Positions 1 through 11,630 of a stretch of 64,000 nt of DNA are shown piece after piece; within the stretch, counting starts at the first letter, position 1; each line of letters opens with the position of its first letter. This stretch comes from the human T2T-CHM13v2.0 reference genome, Homo sapiens. The stretch lies in assembly GCF_009914755.1 (NCBI RefSeq), contig NC_060930.1; one strand, given 5' to 3'. The notes under the pieces were generated by a model, which saw nothing but the letters and a program-made list of their open reading frames with translations, was not told the DNA's origin and did not search any database. The position numbers were made by a program, and so were the translations under genes.

Positions 1-915
1 TCACAGGTTCAGAAATCAAGGGGTGCAAGTGGAAGTGGAACCACTCACCATCACCCCTAGTGATCCACTAGCAAAATTTTTGCTTCTTGTTCCCATGACA
101 TTAAATTCTGCTGGCCTGAAGGTCTTAAATCCAGAGGAAGGAATGCTGCCACCAGGAGACACAACAACAATTCCATCAAACTAGAAGTTAAGATCGCCAC
201 CTGGACACTTTGGGCTTCTCCTATCTTTAAGTCAACAGGCTAAGAAGGTAGTTACAGTGTTGGCTGGGGTGATTGACCCAGACTATCAAGATGAAATCAG
301 TCTACTACTCCATCCAGAGGTAAGGAAGAGTATGCATGGAATATGAGAGATCTGTTAGGGCATCTCTTAGCATTACCATGTCCTGTGATTAAGGTTGATG
401 GGAAACTACAACAGCCCCATCCAGGCAGGACTACAAATGGCCCAGACCCCTCACTAATGAGTTTGGGTCACTCCAACAGGAAAAAAATAAGACCTGCTGT
501 GGTGCTTGCTGAAGGCAAAGGGAATACAGAATGGGTAATAGAAAAAAGGTACTAATCAATATCAGCTACGATCACGTGACCAGCTGCTGAAATGAGGACT
601 ATAATTGTCATGAGTATTTCCTCCTTCTTTTGTTAAAAACATGTTTGTTTATGTACACACTTGTACTAAGAAAATATCTTCATTTTATTTTCTTCTCCTT
701 TATCATGTGACATGTGATTAATTGACTTTGTATCAGCATGTAAGTGTTGTTAACTTTATGTAATATTATTTGGGTTGGGGATTGGTGCATTTCCAGTTGT
801 ATGAAGGATAGTTGTATTATGTTAGGTGTAATTATGACCTTATTGTTGTCTTTATTTGAAGATTGTGTATGATCTCAGGAGATGTGTGTGGGTTCAGGTT
901 GACAAGGGGTGGACT
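1..915 (+). mobile_element. HERV-L internal 3' region (degenerate end of pol, dUTPase, 3' untranslated region, PPT)
   Basis: Translates to dUTPase-like GMLPPGDTTTIP...PPGHFGLL...LAGVIDPDYQDEI (GVIDPDY motif at about 263-298) with stops and frameshifts. Purine-rich tract gacaaggggtggact (901-915) immediately precedes the LTR start TGTGA. Confidence 0.9.
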
Positions 916-1225
916 TGTGATGGTTAATACTGAGTGTCAGCTTGATTGGATTGAAGGATGCAATATTGATCCTGCGTGTATCTGTGAGGGTGTTGCCAAA
1001 GGGATTAACATTTGAATCAGTGGGCTGGGGAAGGCAGACCCACCCTTAATCAGTTGGGCACCATCTAATCAGCCATGAGCCAATATAAAGCAGGCAGAAA
1101 AATATGAAGTGATGAGACGGGCCTAGCCTCTCAGTCTACATTTTTCTCCCCTGCTGGATGCTTCCTGCCCTCAAACATCAGACTCCTGGTTCTTCAGTTT
1201 TGGGACTCAGACTGGCTCTCCTTGC
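916..1225 (+). mobile_element. MLT2A1 LTR (3' LTR of HERV-L), truncated after about 310 bp
   Basis: Begins tgtgatggttaatactgagtgtcagcttgattggattgaaggatg and contains aatataaagcaggcagaaaaa. It stops abruptly at ctctccttgc (1225), before the poly(A)-signal segment. Confidence 0.9.
943..954. promoter_or_regulatory. DUX4-type motif (TGATTGGATTGA) in MLT2A1; second copy at 3439-3450
   Basis: The motif is present in both LTRs. MLT2A elements are known DUX4-bound, cleavage-stage promoters. Function at this locus is not shown. Confidence 0.5.
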
Positions 1226-1262
1226 AGTAAGCTGGAGACTCAGGAGAGTTGAGTTGGAACTC

Positions 1263-2911
1263 TCAATTTCACTTCTAGGAACACTGATTAATTAGCCAAA
1301 GCCAGAGGTCTTCACGAGTCAGACTATTCTGATTGCTGCTTTGCCACTGCTGTCCATTACAGGAGCTATGCCCACCTTGCCTTTGATTGCTGAGTGCTGT
1401 CACTTGGCCCCTGTCACCTCGGGATCCAATTATTCCATTTATATTTAAATTTTGTAGTTGAGTGACTGTGGTTCCCACCATTAGATCTGACATACAGAGA
1501 AGAGCAATTACAGGGCTCTTCAAAAATGCAGGTGCTGCCCTCACAAATCTATTTCAGAAGGCATTGGTCAAGGGTATATCTTCTGGACCCTTCCAGCTGG
1601 GATGAGTAGGTCTAAGGTGACCACAATCCACTCCACCATCCCCATCTCCCTAAGTCTTTCCTCTACATTAAACCAAGGGAGATCAGGCATTTCCAGCTCA
1701 CTCACAGTGGGCCATCTTTTAATCCATATTTTAGCTAACCACGCAAATAAACTATTAGAACCTTTTTTAACTCCCTGAGCTGAGCTGCAACATTAAATGC
1801 AGAGTCCCTACTTAGTGGGCCCAGATCAATAAATTCAGCCTGATCTAACTCTATGTTCTTTCCACCACTATCCCATACCCTTAATATCCATTCCCATGCC
1901 TGTTCTCCAGATTACTGTTTATATAAATTAGGGAACTCAAACAGTTCTTTTCGAGTGTAGCACACCTCCTCATGGGTCACATTCTCAACCTCACCTCTAG
2001 GGGCCTGCCAGGACTTTAGTATGGTTATAGGTTTAGAAGCAAACAGAGGGAAAAAAAAGAAGAAGAAGAAGAAGAAGAAGAAGAAGAAGAAGCAAACAGA
2101 GGTGTTGAGGGTAGCTTCTGAGGAGAATCAACATTATTTTGCTTGGCAACTGCCTCAAGGGCGGCCATCACTCTTGCCTCAGGCAGTGCAGGGTTTATCT
2201 CCTCAGACAAATGTGGAAAGGCTGATGGCAGGCAGCATGGGTCTGGGAGGAGATGTTACCACTACTGGGAATGGGGAAGCTGTTAATTCTGGCAAAAAAA
2301 GGTTTATCAGAGTTTACAAACTCAGAGTCTTCAGCTTCATCAGGGTCCTCCCACATATTCGCATCCCAAGTTGCGGGGCCCCATTCTTTCCCAGTCAATG
2401 CCCTCACTTTAACAGTAGACTGATGAGGCTGTGCATGAATCTTTTGTTGCAGGTCAGCCACTCACATGATAAGAGCTTGTGTCTGTTTTTCCACAGTTTC
2501 AGCTCTTTCTCTACAGGTGATAAGACTCTCACTCAGGGCAATCTTAGCAGATTTGAGGCTCAGTATCTTCTTCTGAAGCCGGGAGACAGAATTCTTGAGT
2601 TCATCATTTTCTTTAATCAGTTTGTCCACTGAACTTAGAAACAACCAACCAGCTTTATTATGTTCCTTGGTTCTCCACATATGGTCAAAGGTATTACGTA
2701 TAGAGTCACTAAACTCCTTGCCTCTCCTGAGCAATGAATCAGGAGTGTCAAATGCATTTATTTTGCATAACTCTTTAAATAGTTCATGCCAAGGACTATC
2801 AGTGTTCTCCATACTATTAGAAATAGAGTCCTTAGCACTTTTGAGTCTAATCATATTAAGTAGCAAACTCCTGAAACTCCAAAACCAATGAAAGAACTCC
2901 ATCCTTAAATC
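1263..2911 (-). mobile_element. HERV-L internal 5' region, degenerate gag
   Basis: Minus-strand ORFs 2462-2902, 2195-2461 and 1275-1544 give ERV-L Gag-like peptides (DSPWHELFKELCKINAF, VKVRALTGKEWGPATWD, LWLWLIN). The region adjoins the LTR at 2912. Confidence 0.9.
2050..2091 (+). repeat. A8(GAA)11 microsatellite flanked by a 15-bp target-site duplication
   Basis: agaagcaaacagagg occurs at 2035-2049 and 2088-2102, with GAA units at 2059-2091. Confidence 0.9.
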
Positions 2912-2997
2912 TGTATGAACCAGGGTTCTTTTAAAGGGACAGAACTAATAGGATATATATATCCTATTAAGTTAATACTTAATAAACTCCCTTTCTC

Positions 2998-3038
<41 letters not shown>

Positions 3039-3477
3039 TACACACAGATACATAGGTATAGAGCCTATCTATAGTGGGACCTTATGATTGTGTAAGTTAA
3101 TACTTAATAAACTCCTCTTCATTAGCTTACACAATCATAAGGTCCCACAATAGGGTGTCTGCAAGCTGAGGAGCAAGGAGAGTCAGTCCAAATCCCAAAA
3201 CTGAAGAACTTGGAGTCCAATGTTCAAAGGCAGGAAGCATCCAGTGTGGGAGAAAGATGTAGGCTGAGAGGCTAGGCCTGTTTTGTCACTTTACGTTTTT
3301 ACGCCTGCTTTATATTGGCTGGCAGCAGTTGGTGACCACCTGACTAAGGGTAGGTCTGCCTTCCCCAGCCCACATACTCAAATGTTAGTCTCCTTTGGCA
3401 ACACCCTCACAGACACAGCAGAATCAATATTGCATCCTTCAATCCAATCAAACTGACAATCAGTATTAACCATTGCA
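2912..3477 (-). mobile_element. MLT2A1 LTR (5' LTR of HERV-L) with an internally rearranged 3' part and (TA)n(CA)n
   Basis: Reverse complement starts tgcaatggttaatactgattgtcagtttgattggattgaagg and ends ...agttctgtccctttaaaagaaccctggttcataca. It is directly followed by gag. Confidence 0.9.
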
Positions 3478-4311
3478 ACAGGATAAATATATATAATAAT
3501 CCTTATGTGAAGTGCTTGGAAGCAGAAATGTTGGATAATTTGGCTTTTTTCAGGTTTTAGAATATTTGCATATTTATAGTGAGATATCTTGGGGATGGGA
3601 CCCAAGTCCTAATATAACATTTATTTATGTTTCATAGGTACCTTATTCACAAAGCTTGGAGGTAATTTTACACAATATTTTAATAATTTCACACATAAAG
3701 TTTGTGCACACTGAACCTGTCTAGCACCAGTGTCACTATCTCAGCCACTCATAGACAATCTATGGTTCTTTGGCATCACCATCATTCCTGATGTTGAATT
3801 TATATGCTACTGATAAGCAATTATTTTCTTACACTTATTCACTCATAATTAGTTAACAGTGAAAAATACAACATACTATTAACACAGTGAAAAAATAATG
3901 TGTTCAGGGAAACTACAGAGGCATCAGCAGAATACCTGTATCAGCTGTTAAGCAGCAACAGTCAACAATGGCAGGCTTTCAGTCTCCATCCATGATGCTG
4001 TATTTTGATTAAAAGGATACTGCACACTGGGTTTTATTTTTTAGGTGAGAATAAACACCAGAAGCTGTTAAGGGACCAGGAATTTAATTATCTAGGGATA
4101 CTGAGGCATTCTGATGGATGGATTTTTAAAATGTTTCCTCCAGTCATCTGCCTCATTAACAACATTCTTGTTTTAGAAGTCTCTCTTCGGCTATATAAAT
4201 TGACATGATTTCTTGTTCTGTTAAGAATGCATGCTGGTTGGGAATGACTGTATGTGGGAAAAATTTTTTAAGAGACAAGAAAGAAAGGAAGAAAAAGAAG
4301 AATGCGTGCTG

Positions 4312-4460
4312 GGCCTGGCGTGGTGGCATGCCTGTAATACCAGCACTTTGGGAAGCCAAGACAGGAGGATCATTTGAGGCCCAAAATTTCAGACCAGCCT
4401 GGGAAATAATAAAGTGAGATCCCATCTCTACAAATGTAAATAAAATAAAATAATAAAAAA
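4312..4460 (+). mobile_element. FLAM (Alu left monomer) in Tigger4
   Basis: ggcctggcgtggtggcatgcctgtaataccagcactttggg...atctctacaaa followed by an A-rich tail. Confidence 0.85.
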
Positions 4461-5564
4461 GAAGGCACACTGCTCTAGTCTTTCAATAAGCTCATCACAC
4501 ATTTTTACCACATCACCTACAGGCACTTTTTCTACAGTGTTAACGCCATCTTCATCATCACTATTATCACAATTGCTTTGATTCAGAACTGTTTGACTAT
4601 TTCACCACCACTCAATGAATGAACAACTGAAGCCTCATTACTGATGTTAAAAACGTCAATATTCACTTCTTCCAGCTTACTGATGGACTCTGAAAATATA
4701 TTTTTTCTGTATGTAAGGAGGTCAGACATTATTTCCTTCTCACCTGACATATGGAATCCTTCAAAGTCATCACCTTGTCCATCATCATCCCTAAACATGA
4801 GTTTCAGGCCAGAGGTTGTGCCAGGCATGCACAACTGTGTCTTTGGTCACTGTGAGGCAAGCATTGGCAATAGAATATAAGGCGTCCCTCATGCTAATTT
4901 TTTTTTTTTTTAATTTTTCACGTTCATGCCACTGTTCACTGCCACTCACATGCTGTTCAAGAAAGTGATTTTATATTTACTCTTTATAAATCTAAGGGTA
5001 CCCTAATATGGCTAAATTAATGAAGTCATAGTTGGGGAGAAGTATATGATATAAACATTATTTTTTAATGAGAGTTTCAGATGTAGGATGAGCAGAGTCA
5101 AAAAATAACAAAATCTTGCGGTCATCATCCAGTTCAGCTTCCCTGCAGTAAGCACAAGTTGCTGGAACAAAATGTTAGTAAAACTAATCATAAAAGATGT
5201 CCCTGTTGATTCATCCCTTTTTCTTAGCATAATAATGGACTAATAAGACATTCCCTCTTTGAAAACAGTGAGGCCATAAGCTTTTGCCTGTTGTAGAAAA
5301 TTTATACTTATGTGTGCCTACTGCATTAGCACATCCCAGCAGTTATTCTGTCCTTGGCATCCTTAGTTTCTGTAGAACCCTAATCAGTTGTAGTCAGTGC
5401 CTTTCTGGGACAACAACATGTTCTTCATTTGTTCATTGTTATCAAGAGAAACTATTTCTTAACCAACAGATTTATGCTTTATAGTTCAGGAACACAGGTC
5501 AGCGGAAAACTTCTAGGTAATTCAACCCAAAGAATTACCCTTCTAGGAAATTCAGCATTCCCAC

Positions 5565-5866
5565 TTTTTTTTTTTTTTTTTTGAGACAGGGTCTCATTCT
5601 GTTGCCCAGGCTGGCGTGCAGTAGTGCAATCATGGCTCACTGTAGACTTGACTTCCCAGGCTCAAGCAATCCTCCCAACTTAACCTCAACAAGTTCTTGG
5701 GACCACAGGTGCACACTACTATGCATGGCTAATTTTTTAAATTTTTGGTAGAGACAGGGTCTCCCTATGTTACCCAGGCTGCTCTTTAACTTCTGGGCTG
5801 AAATGGTCCTCCTGCTTCAGCCTCCCAAAGTGTTGGGATTATAGGTGTAAGCCACTGTGCCTGGTC
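5565..5866 (-). mobile_element. AluJ-type dimer
   Basis: Poly-T, then gagacagggtctcattctgttgcccagg...gcaatcatggctcactgtagacttg...aagtgttgggattataggtgtaagccactgtgcctgg; heavily diverged. Confidence 0.85.
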
Positions 5867-5877
5867 TATTTATACAT

Positions 5878-6008
5878 ATTTTAGTTTTTTGTAGAGACGT
5901 GGTGTCACTATGTTGCCCAGGCTTATCTCAGACTCCTGAGCTCAAGCAGTCCTCCCACTTCGGCCTCACAAAGTGTTGGGATTACAAGTGTGAGCTACCA
6001 CAGCCAGC
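5878..6008 (-). mobile_element. FLAM / Alu left monomer
   Basis: tttgtagagacgtggtgtcactatgttgcccagg...gggattacaagtgtgagctaccacagccagc. Confidence 0.8.
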
Positions 6009-6034
6009 AAGAAGTTCTTTATATTCCAATATCA

Positions 6035-6184
<150 letters not shown>

Positions 6185-7279
6185 TCACAGATGCTTGGCC
6201 AGAATATCACGCATCTGAAATTTTGTCAAAGCACTGAAAGCTACACTAGTTACTGTCCTTCATAGATATGTCAACCTCAACACCAACATCCTCCCTTGCT
6301 GACAGAGAAATGGACCACAACAGTTATTTATCATAAGCATTATAAACTTACCCTGGCATCAGATTTTCACCAGTGATGACGTTGGCAAATTTGTCATTGA
6401 ATTTATCCACTGCTTCATGATCAATAGATGCTTTATCACCACAAATCTTTAAAAATTCAATGTCATGTCTTTTATTAAATTTCTGCAACCAGCCTGTTGA
6501 ATATTTCTAGTTCCCTTTAATTTTCAGTTCGTCACAATAAATCTTTGCTTGTTTCATGATCTGTATACCACTAAGTGGCATGTGTTCATTGCAATGCTGA
6601 TGTATGCATACTTTCAATTCACAATTGAGATCATCATTTCAGCTTTATGCAGTGTTTTTCTACTTTTTCATTAACTTCTGTTCATCACTTTCACCGTAGA
6701 ACTTCAACAGTTTCTCCTTCTGTTTCTTCAGGTCACATATGGTGGTCATTTCCACTCCATACTCTTCTGTAAGACATTTCACACTTATGTCACTGTCCAG
6801 TTCCTATAGATAAACATAAATGCTTTCTTCCTTGTTTCTTACCACTATTACCCATAGGGGTATCTGCAGGCCTTTTTGACATTTATAAAAATAATTTTAT
6901 ACTGCAGAGCAGAGAATAAGCAAAAACCAAACAAAAACCCACAGTGAGTAATGCATGTAAATCTCAGCCCCAAGCAAAGCATTGTGGAGGACCTGCCGTT
7001 GGTGCATCCAGCCTGCACATGTATCAATTTATTACCCTTTGTGTGTGTGCTTACATAGGGGAATTTGTGCATGTGCAGAAAAAACATATGGCAGCTGAAG
7101 GGGACTGGGAGGGTCTTTTTTTCCTTGAGGATGCTGAATCAACTGTGTGTTGTACAACGTGCATTTTGACCACGACCCATCGCGTGATGTCTGCTGTAAA
7201 ATTTTCCACTTGTAGCATCATTAGAGATCAAAAAGTTGCAGATTTTGGGACCTTTCAAATTTCAGCTTTTCAGATTAGG

Positions 7280-7492
7280 GATGTTCAACATATGTATATT
7301 TATACATATATATGTTGAACATCATATATATATATTAAGGATGTTGAAGCATCCTTAATATATATAAAGGATGTTCTATATATATATGAATATATATAAA
7401 GGATGTTCTATATATGAATATATATAGAAGGTACATATATAGATATAGATATATAGAGAGGATATATATATATATAGAGAGAGATATATATC
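7280..7492. repeat. (TA)n-rich low-complexity tract with nested inverted repeats
   Basis: Arms at 7280-7293/7310-7323 and 7327-7343/7350-7366 are perfect reverse complements. Confidence 0.85.
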
Positions 7493-8281
7493 TTTGAAGA
7501 AGCCTGACTTATACAATATTATATGTTTAATTACTATTTGGTGAACTGAGTTGATCTTTCAAAATGGAGAAGCTTTTAATAACACTTATCAACTTTGTCT
7601 TTGTCCTGCTGCCTTTTGAAACACAAAAGATTTTTGACATTTAATATGTCCCCAAGTAAGTCACACCAAATCCTATTGTCGAACAGACTTAAATGAGCAA
7701 AATGTCTCCCCAACTCTCTGAGAGTTCTTTAAGAGGGACAATTCTTGATGGATTTTAAACATTCACCTCAGAACAATAGGTTTAGAGTCTCAAATTGAAC
7801 TTCTCTCTTTGATCCTCAAATCAGTTTCTGATGGAGAAATGCAACTCTGGTTTTGAATGGAATAAGCTAAAACATCAAAATAACTTTTTGGACATTAAAC
7901 AGCTGTTTTTTGAAATTCCGTAATTTAATTATAAGTCAGTAAGACACATGTGGATTAAATTTTCTTATAATACAGAAGGTTTGAAAAAGTAAGGGAACCT
8001 GGTTTGGGTTTGATTAACTGAAAAACATTTGCAACCCAATGCCTATCTCCTTCCTCCACATCTTTTCCTGAAAGTATTCTTGCAAACTGCTTTACCCTCA
8101 TGAACACAGCATATAGAAGAGTCATGCTGTGAATGTGAAAGATATTGAAATCAGCCCTAGGAGTAGTTGGTTCTGAAATTTAATGAAGCTCGAACTAGTC
8201 ACTAGGCACAATTTCTAAAAGTCTCCTTTCTGATAACTTCATACCACCAAAAGTTATTAGGCTGTTTTTGAATTACTTTAA

Positions 8282-9710
8282 AAGGCTACAGTAACCAAAA
8301 CAGCATGGTACTGGTACCAAAACAGATATAAAGACCAATGGAACAGAACAGAGGCCTCAGAAATAACGTCACACATCTACAACCATTTGATCTTTGACAA
8401 ACCTGACAAAAACAAGCAATGGGGAAATGATTCCCTATTTCATAAATGGTGGTGGGAAAACTGGCTAGCCGTATGCAGAAAACTGAAACTGAACCCCTTC
8501 CTTACACCTTATACAAAAATTAACTCAAGATAGATCAAAGACTTAAATGTAAGACCTAAAACCATAAAAACCCCTAGAAGAAAATAGGCAATACCATTCA
8601 GGACATAGGCATGGGCAAAGACTTCATGACTAAAACACCAAAAGCAATGGCAACAAAAGCCAAAATTGACAAATGGGATCTAATTAAACTAAAAAGCTTC
8701 CACACAGCAAAAGAAACCATCATCAGAGTGAACAGGCAACCTACAGAATGGGAGAAACTTTTTGCAACCTATCCATCTGACAATCTAATATCCAGAATCT
8801 ACAAAGAACTTAAACAAATTTACAAGAAAAAAACAAACAACCCCATCAAAAAGTGGGCAAAAAATATGAACAGACACTTCTCAAAAGAAGATACTTATGT
8901 GGCCAAAAAATATATGAAAAAAAACTCATCATCACTGGTCATTAGAGAAATGCAAATCAAAACCACAATGAGATACCATCTTATGCCAGTTAGAATGGCA
9001 ATCATTAAAAAGTCAGGAAACAACAGATGCTGGAGAGGATGCAAAGAAATAGGAATGCTTTTACACTGTTGGTCAGAGTGTAAATTAGTTCAACCATTGT
9101 GGAAAACAGTGTGGCAATTCCTCAAGGATCTGGAACCAGAAATACTCTTTGACCCAGCATTCCCATTACTGGGTATATACCCAAAGGATTAGAAATCATT
9201 CTACTATAAAGACACATGCACACGTATGTTTATTGCAGCACTATTCACAATAGCAGAGACTTGGAACCAACCCAAATGCCCATCAGTGATAGACTAGATA
9301 AAGAAAATGTGGCATATATACACACCATGGAATACTATGCAGCCATAAAAAAGGATGAGTTCATGTTCTTTGCAGAGACATGGATGAAGCTGGAAACCAT
9401 CATTCTCAGCAAACTAACACAAGAACAGAAAGCCAAACACCACATGTTCTCACTCATAAGTGGGAACTGAACAATGAGAACACCTGGATACAGGGAGGGG
9501 AACATCACACACTGGGGCCTGTCGACAGGTGGGGGGCTAAGGGAGGGATAGCATTAAGAAAAACACCTAATGTAGATGACAGGTTGATGGGTGCACCCAA
9601 CCACCATGGCACGTGTATATCTATGTAACAAATTTGCACGTTCTGTACATGTATCCCAGAACTTAAAGTGTAATTAAAAATAAAATAAAAAATAAAAAAA
9701 TGCAAAAAAA
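8282..9710 (+). mobile_element. 5'-truncated L1PA (about L1PA7/8): ORF2 C-terminal region, 3'UTR and A tail
   Basis: ORF2 peptides [30 protein letters not shown]...CWRGC...LLHCW and ...HMFSLISGN*, with frameshifts and stops. The 3'UTR reads gtagatgacaggttgatgggtgca...catgtatcccagaacttaaag. Confidence 0.92.
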
Positions 9711-11322
9711 ATGCTTTTTGCAACACGATTTTATTGAAGTTTGGACCTTTATTTCTAAATGTAATATTATTCCTAGGTTTACAAACCGTTTGATCATTAT
9801 TTATTTTGAGGGTAGTTATTTCACTCCATGAGAAAGAACCTCTACAGTCTCTTTCAAGCATAGTTTACTTTCTAGGAGAGAAAAAAAAGCACTGTTGTTA
9901 AATCCCAGTAAAGGCAGCAAATGTACATTCAAATGTCCTTCTCTGAGATAGTTACATTACTATGAGAATTGTGAACTCTGATTTTGGAAAAGAGACAGTT
10001 CATCAGGTCTTGACTTTGGAGACAAGATTCACACTGCAAATATTTAATGTACTCTTTCTCTCATTTTTATTTACATATTTAAATTATACATCTCTATTTA
10101 TGAAACTATAATTGTTAAAAATGAGGGGTTTTTGGTGGGGAGAGGGGTAAGTTGTCTATTACATTTCTTTTAAGGGCCTAGAAATTAGTCCAAGTGAAGA
10201 CATAATTTCATCCATGATCAAGTCAGCAATGAATTGGTGAAAGGTCACATAGGGTAACCAGGAGATCTGGAGGGTCCCAGGGTACACATGACTGTGCAAG
10301 CTCACCACCAGACCACTGTGGTCTGCTCTCTGCAGAGACATCCTGTGGTTAGCTGAGTCAATAACTGAAGTTCTCAAAACTTCTTCCCCAACAAAAATAA
10401 TGAGCTTTAATAAAATTGTACTTACTGTTATGCAAAGAATGAGACAGGAAAAGAGAATCAATTGAAGGGAATGCATTGTTAGACTTACCACTGCACTGCC
10501 ATCAACAAGAAATTATTGAGTACCTATTATGTGAAGGGTCCTTTGGATATCGAGTATACAGTGTAGTTCATACCTGTACAGAACTTTCACTTTTGTCTAG
10601 GAGATGATGACATGTTTTCTCTGTTCTTCTCTCTTTCTTTGTCATTCTCTCTCTCTCTTTTCTACATATATAGAGAGACATATAGCACAAATATACATGT
10701 GTACATATAAAAAAACACACATAAAAACTTGACAAAATAAAGCAGCTTATAAGAAATACCCTAAAGTTGTACAAGCAATAACCATTCCATAAGTTTAGAG
10801 AAGGGTCTGTGCCTGTTTTTATTGTTGTTTTCAGGATAGATGTAGAAGAGAAACAAAAGACATGAGGAGAAAGAGAGAAAAAAAAGAAGAAACTCCCCAG
10901 GATCATATGTTTTTTAGATGTCTCTGTTATAGATGACTAGAGTCTAAACTAAGGTATAACTGTGAGAATAAGCACAGAAAGGCATGACTTTTTGAGGCAT
11001 TTTGAAAATACAAAACTACAGTTTTCATGCTTTTATTGTTCCTTCCCTAGAGCACTTTCCCCAACCACTCATCTACAGAACTGCTTTTCAATTGGCAAAG
11101 ACTAGATTTATTTTTTTTCCAATTCATCATGGACTAATAGTTTTATAAACTACAATAAAAGTAAATTAGTAGAAAAATGAAATAAAAATAAATACTTTCA
11201 AAATAAAGCCCCAATATTTTATTATTAAATTCATCAAGCATAAGGTTACATTTTTAGTAAATATAATAAGAACAAGCCTAATGTGGGTAAAAACACAAAA
11301 TACAATAAAAAATGGTAAATAC

Positions 11323-11630
<308 letters not shown>

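Noticed and set aside
2021-2632. 203-aa plus-strand ORF with poly-Lys
   Set aside because: It is antisense to HERV-L gag, and the poly-K is simply the GAA repeat; no recognisable protein.
8611-9192. 193-aa ORF
   Set aside because: Fragment of L1 ORF2 in a 5'-truncated, frameshifted L1PA; not a gene and not an active element.
10159-10491. 110-aa minus-strand ORF in unique sequence
   Set aside because: Non-ATG start, no recognisable homology, no convincing splice context.
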